NCBI GenBank assembly: GCA_036161535.1
Contig: JAYYCW010000059.1
Coordinates: 203-64,202, forward strand
DNA length: 64,000 nt
Source: Bacteroidota bacterium
GTDB lineage: Bacteria > Bacteroidota > Bacteroidia > Flavobacteriales > Flavobacteriaceae
Reading direction: 5' to 3'
This document shows, in pieces, positions 51,884 through 61,748 of the stretch; the first letter of the stretch is position 1; each line of letters opens with the position of its first letter. The notes under the pieces were generated by a model. It did not search any database. It had not been told where the DNA came from and saw only the letters and a list, made by a program, of their open reading frames with translations. Made by a program: the position numbers and the translations under genes.

Positions 51884-51917
51884 AAAAAAAAGCCAAAATT
51901 TTATTTTGGCTTTTTTT
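51884..51917 (-). terminator. ahcY intrinsic terminator
   Basis: AAAAAAAAGCCAAAAT...ATTTTGGCTTTTTTT directly after the ahcY stop. Confidence 0.75.
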
Positions 51918-51920
51918 AAA

Positions 51921-53237
51921 TTAATAACGGTAGTAGTCAGGCTTAAAAGGCCCCTGTTGTTTGACCCCAATATAATCGGCTTGGTCTTTTCTTAATTCGG
52001 TGAGTTCAACACCAATTTTTTCCAAGTGCAGTTTGGCAACTTTTTCATCTAGATGTTTGGGCAACATATAAACCTTATTTTCATAGGCGTCTTTGTTGTT
52101 CCAAAGTTCAATTTGTGCCAAAACTTGATTGGTAAATGAGTTGCTCATGACAAAACTTGGGTGCCCTGTGGCACAACCTAGATTAACAAGGCGACCTTCG
52201 GCCAATATGATGATGTCTTTGCCATTTAGGTTGTATTTGTCTACTTGCGATTTGATTTCATTTTTTGTATGTCCGTAATTTTCATTGAGCCAAGCCATGT
52301 CAATTTCATTGTCAAAATGTCCAATATTACAAACGATCGTCTTGTCTTTCATGGCCTCAAAGTGCAGTCCATGCACAATATCTTTGTTTCCTGTCGCCGT
52401 TACTACAATATCAGTCACAGCCAAAACAGTTTCTAATTTTTTAACTTCAAAACCATCCATGGCAGCTTGTAAGGCACAAATTGGATCAACTTCTGTGATG
52501 GTGACGATACTGCCAGCGCCTCTAAAAGAAGCTGCAGTTCCCTTTCCAACATCCCCATAGCCGCAGACCACAACGCGTTTTCCAGCCAGCATGGTATCAG
52601 TGGCTCTTCGAACCGCATCAACGGCACTTTCTTTACAGCCGTATTTATTGTCAAATTTACTTTTGGTCACAGAATCATTTACGTTGATAGCAGGCATGGC
52701 CAAACTTCCATTTTTCATGCGCTCATACAACCTGTGAACACCAGTGGTAGTTTCTTCACTCAGCCCATTGATTCCAGAGACCAGTTCTGGATAGTGATCA
52801 AAGACTAGATTGGTCAGGTCACCACCATCGTCTAAAATCATATTTAGTGGTTGTCGATCTTGTCCAAAAAACAAGGTTTGTTCAATACACCAATCAAATT
52901 CTTCTTCATTCATTCCTTTCCAAGCATAGACAGGAATACCCGCAGCGGCAATGGCAGCTGCAGCTTGGTCTTGTGTTGAAAATATATTGCAGGAGCTCCA
53001 TGTCACTTCTGCTCCTAGGGCCGTAAGAGTTTCAATGAGTACAGCCGTCTGAATGGTCATGTGTAAACAACCCGCAATGCGCGCCCCCTTAAGGGGTTGA
53101 CTGTCTTTATATTCTTCACGAAGGCTCATCAGCCCTGGCATCTCTGCTTCGGCTAGTTCGATTTCTTTTCGCCCCCATTCAGCCAAAGACATATCTTTAA
53201 CTTTAAAGGGTACATAAGGGAGGGTCTTAACACGCAT
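51921..53237 (-). CDS. ahcY: S-adenosylhomocysteine hydrolase
   Basis: [46 protein letters not shown]. Confidence 0.98.
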   Translation of the reverse strand: MRVKTLPYVPFKVKDMSLAEWGRKEIELAEAEMPGLMSLREEYKDSQPLKGARIAGCLHMTIQTAVLIETLTALGAEVTWSSCNIFSTQDQAAAAIAAAGIPVYAWKGMNEEEFDWCIEQTLFFGQDRQPLNMILDDGGDLTNLVFDHYPELVSGINGLSEETTTGVHRLYERMKNGSLAMPAINVNDSVTKSKFDNKYGCKESAVDAVRRATDTMLAGKRVVVCGYGDVGKGTAASFRGAGSIVTITEVDPICALQAAMDGFEVKKLETVLAVTDIVVTATGNKDIVHGLHFEAMKDKTIVCNIGHFDNEIDMAWLNENYGHTKNEIKSQVDKYNLNGKDIIILAEGRLVNLGCATGHPSFVMSNSFTNQVLAQIELWNNKDAYENKVYMLPKHLDEKVAKLHLEKIGVELTELRKDQADYIGVKQQGPFKPDYYRY

Positions 53238-53314
53238 AAATTATATCTTTTAAATTTAACTACTTTGGTAAAAACAACCAAAATAGCGTAATTTTGTTAT
53301 GATTTTATCTGCTG

Positions 53315-53322
53315 CAAAGATA
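53315..53322 (-). promoter_or_regulatory. -7 promoter box for ahcY
   Basis: Minus strand TATCTTTG followed by CA. Confidence 0.6.
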
Positions 53323-53346
53323 ACCATTAACTTTTTAATTCTTTTA

Positions 53347-53979
53347 ATGCCACTTTATAAATCTATAGAGGTCAACTCACAAACTAATGTTAAAATATGG
53401 CAGATCTCAGAGCCCTTGGATTTTTTAACATCCAATGTTGAATTAAACAGTGCAAGCCTAAAAAGGCTGAGCACAATGAATAGCAGCATTCACAAGTGTG
53501 GTTTTTTAAGTGTTCGAATGTTGTTAAAAGCTTTTGGTTATACAGACCAAGACTTGTATTATGACCATTTTGGGAAGCCACTGCTCAAAGACGGAAGGTT
53601 TATTTCTATTACACATTCTCACAATTATGCAGCGGTGGTCATAAGCAATCAACAGGTTGGTATTGACATTGAAAAACAACGCGCTAAAATTGCAAAAATA
53701 GCTTTAAAATTTGTTGGTTACGAGTCTAATTACCTTGATAAAAAAGACCCTGACTACATAAAGAAATTGACTTGGATTTGGTGTATAAAAGAGTCTCTTT
53801 ACAAGCTTTATTCTAAGTCTGGAATGTCCTTTAAAAAACATTTTTTAGTTCTTCCTTTTGCAGTGGAAGACAACAACACAACGGCCTGGATCAAAGACGA
53901 AGATACCCTTAAAAATTTTAAAGTGGTATTTTTTGAATTTGACGGATTTGGTTGCGCGCTTACAATTCCCTCTGTATGA
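53347..53979 (+). CDS. 4'-phosphopantetheinyl transferase (Sfp-like)
   Basis: GKP, ISITHS, VGIDIE, W.IKESLYK; likely start ATG 53347. Confidence 0.88.
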   Translation: MPLYKSIEVNSQTNVKIWQISEPLDFLTSNVELNSASLKRLSTMNSSIHKCGFLSVRMLLKAFGYTDQDLYYDHFGKPLLKDGRFISITHSHNYAAVVISNQQVGIDIEKQRAKIAKIALKFVGYESNYLDKKDPDYIKKLTWIWCIKESLYKLYSKSGMSFKKHFLVLPFAVEDNNTTAWIKDEDTLKNFKVVFFEFDGFGCALTIPSV

Positions 53980-54590
53980 ATGAAATCATTGATTTTTTTG
54001 TAACACCCTACACCACTGCCACAACAGCCCAAATTACTGTAGAAATTTTGGCGGTCCTATTTGGGATTCTCAGTGTTATTTACGCAAAAAAAGAGAATAT
54101 TCTGGTCTTTCCCACAGGCATCATAAGCACGGTATTGTATGTATGTATATGTTATCAATTTACGCTCTATGGCGATGTAATTATCAATGTATATTACACT
54201 TTAATGAGCCTTTATGGCTGGTATTTGTGGAAATATAAAATCGGAGGTCAAAGCTTGGCGATTTCAAAATCTAATGTGGCAGATTGGATTAAAGCTCTGG
54301 GAATCTTTATAAGCACTGCGGCCTTTGTTGTTGTGGTCTATTTGTACTTTGATCGCTTTGATCGCATAACAAACTATTTTGATACTTTAACCACAGGGGT
54401 TTTCTTTGCTGCTATGTGGCTTATGGCCCATAAAAAAATAGAACATTGGTTGTTTTGGATTGTGGGCAATCTCATTTCAGTACCTTTGTATTTTGTCAAA
54501 GAACTGGGTTTTTCAGGCCTTCAATTTACAGTCTTTTTAATTTTGGCCATACAAGGCTATATTCAATGGAAAAAACACTTGTACAAATAA
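53976..54590 (+). CDS. pnuC: Pnu-family vitamin transporter (PnuC-like)
   Basis: YG.Y.W, KKIEHWLFWI, GYIQW motifs; likely start ATG 53976. Confidence 0.85.
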   Translation: MNEIIDFFVTPYTTATTAQITVEILAVLFGILSVIYAKKENILVFPTGIISTVLYVCICYQFTLYGDVIINVYYTLMSLYGWYLWKYKIGGQSLAISKSNVADWIKALGIFISTAAFVVVVYLYFDRFDRITNYFDTLTTGVFFAAMWLMAHKKIEHWLFWIVGNLISVPLYFVKELGFSGLQFTVFLILAIQGYIQWKKHLYK

Positions 54591-55135
54591 AAACTGACTG
54601 TATAAAAGTTGTACTTTATGGTCCGGAGTCTACTGGAAAATCAACGCTTTCTAAAGCCTTGGCAAAACATTATAAGACTGCTTATGTGCCAGAATTTGCT
54701 AGAGCATATTTACAAGAAAAATGGGATCGCAAATCTGAAATTTGTACTAAAGAAGATTTAGTGCCAATTGCCAAGGGGCAAATTCAACTTGAAAATAAAG
54801 CCCTCCAAAGGGCCAATAGACTGCTTGTCTGCGACACCGATTTATTACAGACCAAGGTCTATTCTGAGGTTTATTACAATGGTTATTGCGATCCGCACAT
54901 TCAGCAGTACGCCCTTAAAAACAACTATGATTTATACTTTTTATGCGCCATTGATATTCCATGGGTGGCCGACGATTTACGCGATAAGCCCAATGAAAGA
55001 GAAATGATGTTCAAAGCCTTTAAAAAAGAACTTGAAAAACAAAACCTTCCTTATGTACTACTTAAAGGATCTCATAAAGTGCGGATGGATATTGCTACCA
55101 ATCACATAGATAGCTTAATACAACATAAATTCTAA
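54566..55135 (+). CDS. NadR-type (AAA_28) ribosylnicotinamide kinase-like protein
   Basis: GPESTGKST, PEFAR, CDTD, YDLY, PWVAD.LRD; likely start ATG 54566. Confidence 0.85.
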   Translation: MEKTLVQIKTDCIKVVLYGPESTGKSTLSKALAKHYKTAYVPEFARAYLQEKWDRKSEICTKEDLVPIAKGQIQLENKALQRANRLLVCDTDLLQTKVYSEVYYNGYCDPHIQQYALKNNYDLYFLCAIDIPWVADDLRDKPNEREMMFKAFKKELEKQNLPYVLLKGSHKVRMDIATNHIDSLIQHKF

Positions 55136-55235
55136 GATTAAGATCTCTTGAATCCAGGCGCTCAACTTTAATAAATAAAAAAAATTAAAAATAGTTGGCA
55201 CATCAGCATTTTGTGATGTAATTTTGTATTGTTCT

Positions 55236-55308
55236 CAATAAAGGGGTGCCGCAGGGCTGAGATCATACCCATTGAACCTAGAACAGGTAATGCTGTTTAG
55301 GGAAACAA
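55236..55308 (+). ncRNA. TPP riboswitch
   Basis: GGGGTGCC..GGCTGAGATCATACCC.TTGAACCT..ACAGGTAATGCTG..TAGGGAA consensus; promoter box TAATTTTG at 55219-55226; downstream CACCTCTTTTTATT can pair with the aptamer 5' strand. Confidence 0.93.
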
Positions 55309-55391
55309 GAAGCAGTAAGTGCTTCAAACAATTATATCAATTTATAACAAAGAATAATCACCTCTTTTTATTCGATTCTTAAAAAAATCGC

Positions 55392-57518
55392 ATGAAAAAT
55401 TACATTCTTTGTCTATGGCTTACAGCAGCGTGTTTTACAACGCTTTTAGCACAAGACAATACAATAAAAACAGATTCAACCGCAACACAAAATCTCGATG
55501 AGGTATTGGTCAAAGCGGTAAGAGTAAAATCCAACGCTCCAATTACGCATTCCAATTTCAGTAAAAAAGACATTGAGAAGCGCAATTTAGGACAAGACAT
55601 CCCAATACTCTTAAATTACTTACCTTCTGTGGTATCTTCTTCTGATGCAGGCGCAGGTATCGGTTATACCTATTTAAGGGTGCGTGGCTCCGATGCTACG
55701 CGTATCAATGTGACCATTAACGGGATTCCTTATAATGATGCGGAGAGTCAAGGAACTTTTTGGGTTAATCTTGGGGATTTTGCCTCTTCCGTTGAAAGTT
55801 TACAACTCCAACGTGGGGTTGGAACCTCCACCAATGGGTCGGCTGCCTTTGGAGCCAGTCTGAATATTTTGACTGACGCCATCTCAAGAGAAGCCGGCGG
55901 AGAAATCTCTAACTCTTTTGGTTCTTTTGGCACACAAAAACACACTGTAAAATTTACCACAGGCTTGTTGGATGATCATTTTGAATTTGCTGGGCGTTTG
56001 TCCAAAATATACTCTGATGGTTATGTCGATAGAGCTTTTACTAATTTAAGGTCCTACTATCTTCAAGGGAATTATGTGGATGACAATACCATTGTCAAGG
56101 CGATTACTTTTGGTGGCAAAGAAAAAACTTATCAATCTTGGTATGGTTTAGATCAAAGTCAATTAGAAGAAGACCGTACTCAAAATCCATATACTTACGA
56201 CAATGAAACAGACAACTATTGGCAAGACCACTATCAGTTGCATTGGAATGAGTCATTAAACTCCTATTGGTCCACAAATATAGGTCTAAATTACACACGT
56301 GGTAAAGGCTATTTTGAACAATTTAAAGATGATAGAGACGCAGCAGATTACAACAACCTAATCAATGATGACAGTGATGTGATTGTTCGCCGTTGGTTGG
56401 ACAATGATTTTTATGTGGTCAATGCCAGTGCTACTTATGACAAAAATGGTCTTGAGATCATTTCGGGTATTTCTTACAGTGATTATACAAACGACCATTA
56501 TGGCGAAGTTATATGGGGCAGCGATTTAGCGTCAGGGACAGCAATCAGAGATCGCTATTACTTGAGTGTTTCAGACAAGTCGGATTTTAGTCTTTTTTCA
56601 AAAGCCACTTTTAGAATGACTGAAAAACTACAAGCTTTTTTAGACCTTCAAGGTCGTTTCGTAAATTACAAAACTGTAGGGCTTACTTCCTCCAGAACAG
56701 CGATTGATGTAGACGCAAAGTTTAATTTTTTTAATCCTAAATTTGGATTTACCTACAGTTTAAACAATAACAACAGCATATATGCTTCCTTTGCACGTGC
56801 CAATAAAGAGCCCAACAGAAATGATTTTGAAAGCAATGCTACAGATTTAACGCACGAAGAACTCAACGATTTTGAACTGGGATGGCGTCACGAAAGTGAG
56901 CGCTTGCGACTCAATGCCAATGTTTATTATATGCAATACAACAATCAACTTGTGTTAACGGGGGCTTTGGATGATGTTGGAGAATATTTACGTGAAAATG
57001 TAGATAAAAGTTACCGTTTGGGCTTAGAATTGGATGCAACACTATTTTTGAGCGACCAGTTTTCTTTGAATTCTAATTTGGCTCTAAGCAGAAATAAAAT
57101 TCAAGATTTAACCATAGATCGCGATGGTAGTTTGCAAAACCTTGGAGACACCAATATTGCGTTTTCACCTGATTTGATCACGACACACGCTCTTGAATAT
57201 ACTCCAAATTCTAAATTTAGAGCGGCTTTGATTGGCAAGTATGTAGGGGAGCAGTATATGAGTAATACGGATACCGAAGCCTCTAAACTTGACAGTTATT
57301 TTGTAACAGATTTAAATTTTAGCTATGTACTACCGCTTAAAACTGTTTTTAAATCCGTTGTATTTACAGGGATGATTAATAATCTTTTAGATCTTGAATA
57401 TGAAGACAGAGGTTTCACATATTTGGATACTTGGAGTGGTCCAACAGCTTCAGAAGTGCAAGGTTATTACCCACAAGCCACCCGTAACTTTTTAGCAGGA
57501 GTGACTGTAACATTTTAG
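55392..57518 (+). CDS. TonB-dependent receptor, probable thiamine (or thiamine precursor) uptake
   Basis: LDEV TonB box, plug RVRGSD..RINVTINGIP, C-terminal RNFLAGVTVTF; under a TPP riboswitch. Confidence 0.88.
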   Translation: MKNYILCLWLTAACFTTLLAQDNTIKTDSTATQNLDEVLVKAVRVKSNAPITHSNFSKKDIEKRNLGQDIPILLNYLPSVVSSSDAGAGIGYTYLRVRGSDATRINVTINGIPYNDAESQGTFWVNLGDFASSVESLQLQRGVGTSTNGSAAFGASLNILTDAISREAGGEISNSFGSFGTQKHTVKFTTGLLDDHFEFAGRLSKIYSDGYVDRAFTNLRSYYLQGNYVDDNTIVKAITFGGKEKTYQSWYGLDQSQLEEDRTQNPYTYDNETDNYWQDHYQLHWNESLNSYWSTNIGLNYTRGKGYFEQFKDDRDAADYNNLINDDSDVIVRRWLDNDFYVVNASATYDKNGLEIISGISYSDYTNDHYGEVIWGSDLASGTAIRDRYYLSVSDKSDFSLFSKATFRMTEKLQAFLDLQGRFVNYKTVGLTSSRTAIDVDAKFNFFNPKFGFTYSLNNNNSIYASFARANKEPNRNDFESNATDLTHEELNDFELGWRHESERLRLNANVYYMQYNNQLVLTGALDDVGEYLRENVDKSYRLGLELDATLFLSDQFSLNSNLALSRNKIQDLTIDRDGSLQNLGDTNIAFSPDLITTHALEYTPNSKFRAALIGKYVGEQYMSNTDTEASKLDSYFVTDLNFSYVLPLKTVFKSVVFTGMINNLLDLEYEDRGFTYLDTWSGPTASEVQGYYPQATRNFLAGVTVTF

Positions 57519-57537
57519 GAAAATTTAATTTTAAATA

Positions 57538-57563
57538 AGCCGCAGTTTTACTGCGGTTTTTTT
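57538..57563 (+). terminator. Intrinsic terminator
   Basis: AGCCGCAG-TTTTA-CTGCGGTTTTTTT. Confidence 0.85.
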
Positions 57564-57592
57564 ATTTTATTGGGATTGTGCTTGAAATAATT

Positions 57593-58063
57593 TTAGTTTG
57601 AAATAAACAATTCATTTCCAATACGTTCTACAAAATAAGGCTTAAGACTGCAGCGCAGCTCGGGATTTTCCATGGGCTGTCCCGTCAGTAAATTATAGCG
57701 ATTTGACTGTTCACAGTCAACTGGACTCACTGCTTCAATCCCCTCTATTACTAATATTGAACATTCACCAAAAGAAATGTTAGGATCTGCAGCGTCAAAA
57801 GCTACATAGCCGGTACCTGTGTTATTAACAATGATTCCTGCATTGGCTACATTTGGTACATACACTGGTTGGTTTGAAAAGTTGAGACCATTGTATTGCG
57901 CTAAATTTAAATTCAAGCTGATTTGTATGCCAATGCTTGACAGAAAATTACAATTGCGATCGTAATTATTCATATTTGAACAATTGAGCAATGAAAAAGA
58001 AATAATCAATGTGATGAGGTATTTGAAAAAATACTTTGTTAAAAGGTAACCATGACTCTCCAC
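57593..58063 (-). CDS. Hypothetical lipoprotein with degenerate Rieske-like pattern; start uncertain
   Basis: Lipobox LLNC; GIIV..YVAFDAADPN..C..C..Y.LLTGQP..LKPY. Confidence 0.6.
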   Translation of the reverse strand: MESHGYLLTKYFFKYLITLIISFSLLNCSNMNNYDRNCNFLSSIGIQISLNLNLAQYNGLNFSNQPVYVPNVANAGIIVNNTGTGYVAFDAADPNISFGECSILVIEGIEAVSPVDCEQSNRYNLLTGQPMENPELRCSLKPYFVERIGNELFISN

Positions 58064-58144
58064 TGGTTAATGTTTTTAAATTTCAGACCTCTAAAATACA
58101 ACAAAAAAAAACAGATATTAAATATTTTGTATATTTGAACCCTG

Positions 58145-58172
58145 ATCTCGTGTGAGCGAGATTTTTTGTTTT
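58145..58172 (+). terminator. Terminator-like hairpin in the greA 5' leader
   Basis: ATCTCG-TGTGAG-CGAGAT followed by TTTTTGTTTT, just after the -7 box TATATTTG (58130-58137). Confidence 0.55.
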
Positions 58173-58221
58173 GTAAAACTTTAAATCCGCTCCAAATCGG
58201 AACAAAATTAATATTATAAAA

Positions 58222-58695
58222 ATGAGTAAGGTATCTTATTATACCGCAGAAGGCCTTAAAAAACTTCGAGATGAGTTGCAGCAACTCAAGGATGTAGAAC
58301 GCGTTAAAGCTTCTAAATCCATCGCCGAAGCCCGTGACAAAGGGGATTTGAGCGAAAATGCTGAATACGATGCTGCCAAAGAGGCTCAAGGCATGCTTGA
58401 AATGCGAATTTCAAAACTCGAGGAAACTCTAGCAGGCGCCCGCCTTATAGACGAATCTCAATTAGATACTACCAAGGCTTTGGTACTGTCCAAAGTAAAA
58501 ATAAAAAATCAATCCAATGGAATGGAACTATCCTATCTTTTAGTGGCGGATGGTGAGGCCGATTTAGCCGCTGGGAAAATATCAGTTAATTCTCCTATAG
58601 GTAAGGGGCTTCTTGGGAAAAGTATTGGTGATATAGCAGAAATTCAAGTTCCCAATGGCATCATTAAGTTCGAAATTTTAGAAATTTCTAGATAA
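58222..58695 (+). CDS. greA: Transcription elongation factor GreA
   Basis: ARDKGDLSENAEYDAAK, ISVNSPIGKGLLGK. Confidence 0.97.
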   Translation: MSKVSYYTAEGLKKLRDELQQLKDVERVKASKSIAEARDKGDLSENAEYDAAKEAQGMLEMRISKLEETLAGARLIDESQLDTTKALVLSKVKIKNQSNGMELSYLLVADGEADLAAGKISVNSPIGKGLLGKSIGDIAEIQVPNGIIKFEILEISR

Positions 58696-58703
58696 ATTAT
58701 TTT

Positions 58704-59096
58704 ATGGCTTCTCTATTTTCAAAAATTGTCTCTGGTGATATTCCTTGCTATAAGGTAGCAGAAACAGAGGAATTTCTGGCATTTTTAGATATTTACCCAA
58801 ATGTCAAAGGCCACACTCTTTGTATACCAAAAATCGAGGTTGATAAGCTTTTTGATTTAGACCAAGCAGTTTATCAAAAGCTGATGGATTTTTCAAGAAC
58901 TGTTGCTATGGCCATTGAAAAGGCGATACCGTGTCAGAGAGTGGGCATGACCGTTATAGGCCTTGAGGTCCCTCACGCACATGTGCATTTGATACCGTTA
59001 AATGGAATGGAAGACGCTCAGTTTATAAAAAAAGAACCGCAACAATCGCCAGAGGATTTCCAAGCAACAGCCACTGCCATTGCAAATCAGTTATAA
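58704..59096 (+). CDS. HIT family protein
   Basis: FSKIV, AFLDI.P, GHTL, VPHAHVHLIP. Confidence 0.94.
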   Translation: MASLFSKIVSGDIPCYKVAETEEFLAFLDIYPNVKGHTLCIPKIEVDKLFDLDQAVYQKLMDFSRTVAMAIEKAIPCQRVGMTVIGLEVPHAHVHLIPLNGMEDAQFIKKEPQQSPEDFQATATAIANQL

Positions 59097-60257
59097 TTTC
59101 TTTAGGATTATTTGAACTGTGGTCCCTTTGCCTATTTCAGAACTTAGGACCTTGATTTTTCCTTTGTGGTACTGCTCAACAATGCGTTTTGCCAATGACA
59201 ATCCCAAGCCCCAGCCTCTTTTTTTTGTGGTGTATCCCGTTTCAAAAATGGTTTTAAATTGCCCCTTAGAAAGTCCTTTTCCCGTGTCTGATATGTCTAT
59301 AAAAACATATTGTTCGTTTGAATGTACCACAATTTTAAGCAAGCCTTTGCCTTTCATGGCGTCAATGCCATTTTTGACTAAATTTTCAATGGTCCAACTG
59401 TACAGTTCTTCGTTGAGTGAAACGCTGCAAGGCGTCTTTGGAAGTTCAATTTCAAATTTAATCAGCGCACTGCTTCTAGACCGTAAATAGTCGGTGGCTG
59501 TTTTTGTAGCTTTGATTATATCTGTGGGTAATAGTTGAGGTTCAGAACCGATTTTGCTAAAACGATCTGTGATGGTTTTTAGGCGTTTGATGTCGTTGTT
59601 CATTTCCTCAATATATCTGGCCTTGATATTTTCATTTTTAAGTAACTCTGTCCACCCAATGAGTGATGATAAAGGCGTTCCAATTTGATGGGCTGTTTCC
59701 TTAGCCATGGCGGTCCAAAGTTTATTTTGAGAAGCGGTTCTTGAGCTCTCATAGAAAAAATAAATGAGTCCTAGGAACAGTAAGATTATTAATAACAGTG
59801 CCATGGGGTAAAATTTTAATTTGTTTAGTAGAACAGAATTACCGTAATACAAAGTGGACAATACTTTTCCTTGGTAAATAACTTGAAGTGGGGTGTTTTC
59901 CTTGGCATAGGCTTTACTCAATTTCTTTAAATACAACTGATTATTCTCTCCTTTGAGTGTGATATTTTTGGATTGAAAATTCCCCTGTGAGTCCTCTATA
60001 ATCATAGGGGTGGTGGTGTTACTCTGAATTACTTTTAAGGGTAAATCACTGATGTTTCCGCCTAGATCAAGTGTTTTACTAAGCTCAATCTGAGCCGCTG
60101 AAAAATTCTCCATTTTTACCCGCTCTTCCTCTTTAAATTTTTGAAAAAAGCGGTAGGTATTCCACAAAATTATCGAAACCATTAAAAAGGAGACTGAAAT
60201 TAAAATCCAGTTCAGCAACAATCGGTTGTTGTTGATTTTCATAGGTTGATTTTTCAT
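59091..60257 (-). CDS. Orphan sensor histidine kinase
   Basis: 2 TM segments, ETAHQIGTPLS H-box, ENLVKNGIDAM, DTGKG, GWGLGL. Confidence 0.93.
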   Translation of the reverse strand: MKNQPMKINNNRLLLNWILISVSFLMVSIILWNTYRFFQKFKEEERVKMENFSAAQIELSKTLDLGGNISDLPLKVIQSNTTTPMIIEDSQGNFQSKNITLKGENNQLYLKKLSKAYAKENTPLQVIYQGKVLSTLYYGNSVLLNKLKFYPMALLLIILLFLGLIYFFYESSRTASQNKLWTAMAKETAHQIGTPLSSLIGWTELLKNENIKARYIEEMNNDIKRLKTITDRFSKIGSEPQLLPTDIIKATKTATDYLRSRSSALIKFEIELPKTPCSVSLNEELYSWTIENLVKNGIDAMKGKGLLKIVVHSNEQYVFIDISDTGKGLSKGQFKTIFETGYTTKKRGWGLGLSLAKRIVEQYHKGKIKVLSSEIGKGTTVQIILKKL

Positions 60258-60350
60258 CTTAAATATAATGTATTTATTCGAATATTATTGTTCTATTGCT
60301 TTTACTTTCTCTTTTAACACCCCGTCTGTATTTCTTAATTTTGTTTTATA

Positions 60351-60479
60351 TTTATAGATTCAAATCAAGGCACGCTTAAAAGTAAATTAAAAATAATGGT
60401 AGACAGGCATTTGGTAGCCAAAGAATTCTTGAATATAAACGTGATTCAAAAAGCTTGGTTTGTGTTGTTTAACAAATAA
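60351..60479 (+). pseudogene. Probable 3' remnant of a flavin-reductase-family gene (or 27-aa small ORF from ATG 60396)
   Basis: Frame reads FIDSNQGTLKSKLKIMVDRHLVAKEFLNINVIQKAWFVLFNK*; resembles the H-x-x-A-x-x-x-L...AW-x-x-L tail of flavobacterial flavin reductases, as recalled. Confidence 0.45.
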
Positions 60480-60494
60480 ATAGAAATACAATAA

Positions 60495-60869
60495 ATGGAA
60501 GTACAAGGGAAAATTAAGCTAATAGGGGAAACACAGACTGTGGGTTCCAATGGATTTAGAAAACGTGAACTGGTGGTGACCACAGAGGAGCAATATCCAC
60601 AACATTTGTCCATAGATTTTGTTCAAGATAAAACAGATCTTTTAAATAATTTTCAGGTGGGGCAACCGGTTAAAGTAGGCATCAATTTAAGAGGACGTGA
60701 ATGGATCAGCCCGCAAGGAGAAACCAAACATTTCAATTCTATTCAAGGCTGGCGTATTGACAGTCTGCAACAGGATGTGGCAGCTGCTGTACCTCCAGTA
60801 CCACCTATGGAGGGCTTTGAACCTGCCAAAGACTTAAAAGCTGAAGAACCAGACGATTTACCTTTCTAG
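60495..60869 (+). CDS. DUF3127 family OB-fold protein (SSB-like tail)
   Basis: GF.KRELVV.T.EQYPQ, NLRGREW, FNSIQGWRI, C-terminal DDLPF. Confidence 0.9.
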   Translation: MEVQGKIKLIGETQTVGSNGFRKRELVVTTEEQYPQHLSIDFVQDKTDLLNNFQVGQPVKVGINLRGREWISPQGETKHFNSIQGWRIDSLQQDVAAAVPPVPPMEGFEPAKDLKAEEPDDLPF

Positions 60870-60893
60870 TAAGTTTCAATTATAAACATTTGT

Positions 60894-61748
60894 ATGTCCT
60901 CCTTGATCAATTCAGATTTTGAAGATTTTGCTGGAAGTAAAGATTTTAAGGCTCTTTTAAAGACAAAATTAGATTCAAAAAAATACCAGGCAGTACTGAA
61001 AAGTCACCATTACGAAACAGAGCTGTTAAAGCTTCAAACGGAATTGGTAGATTTACAACACTGGGTTGCCAAACACAAAAAAAGGATTTGTATCATTTTT
61101 GAAGGGAGAGACGCGGCCGGAAAAGGGGGTGCTATTAGACGTTTCACAGAGCATTTGAATCCACGATCCATGCGAGTCGTCGCACTGACAAAGCCCACGG
61201 AAGCAGAGCAGGGACAATGGTATTTTAGACGCTATATTAAAGAGTTACCACAGCCTGGTGAATTGGTTTTTTTTGACCGTAGCTGGTACAACCGGGCGGT
61301 TGTTGAGCCGGTCATGGGTTTTTGTTCGGAAGAACAATACAATAAATACATGGTACAGGTCCCCGAATTTGAGCATATGCTTTACGAGGACGGTGTCATC
61401 ATTATTAAATTTTGGTTTTCAATTTCAAAAGACGAGCAAATGCGGCGTTTCAATTCCAGACTGTCCAATCCCTTAAAGCAATGGAAGTTCAGCCCAGTGG
61501 ACAAAGAAGGACAAAAGCGCTGGGATTTATACACCAATTACAAGGAGCAAATGTTTAGCAAAACTCATAATTCCTTTAGCCCTTGGATCATCATTAAAAC
61601 AAATGATAAAAAAGAAGCGCGATTGGAAAGCATTCGCTTTGTGCTCTCCCAGTTTGAATACGATAGAAAAGGGCAATCTAACTCCACCATTTTGGCCGAC
61701 CCTAATGTGGCCCAACGTTACCACAGAATGATAAATCAGATTGATTAA
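60894..61748 (+). CDS. ppk2: Polyphosphate kinase 2 (class I type), copy 1
   Basis: FEGRDAAGKGG, FDRSWYNRAVVE, WKFSPVD. Confidence 0.95.
   Translation: MSSLINSDFEDFAGSKDFKALLKTKLDSKKYQAVLKSHHYETELLKLQTELVDLQHWVAKHKKRICIIFEGRDAAGKGGAIRRFTEHLNPRSMRVVALTKPTEAEQGQWYFRRYIKELPQPGELVFFDRSWYNRAVVEPVMGFCSEEQYNKYMVQVPEFEHMLYEDGVIIIKFWFSISKDEQMRRFNSRLSNPLKQWKFSPVDKEGQKRWDLYTNYKEQMFSKTHNSFSPWIIIKTNDKKEARLESIRFVLSQFEYDRKGQSNSTILADPNVAQRYHRMINQID

Noticed and set aside
53238-53314. Possible SAH or SAM riboswitch in the ahcY leader
   Set aside because: Only a small TTTGGT/ACCAAA hairpin; no SAH or SAM consensus motifs
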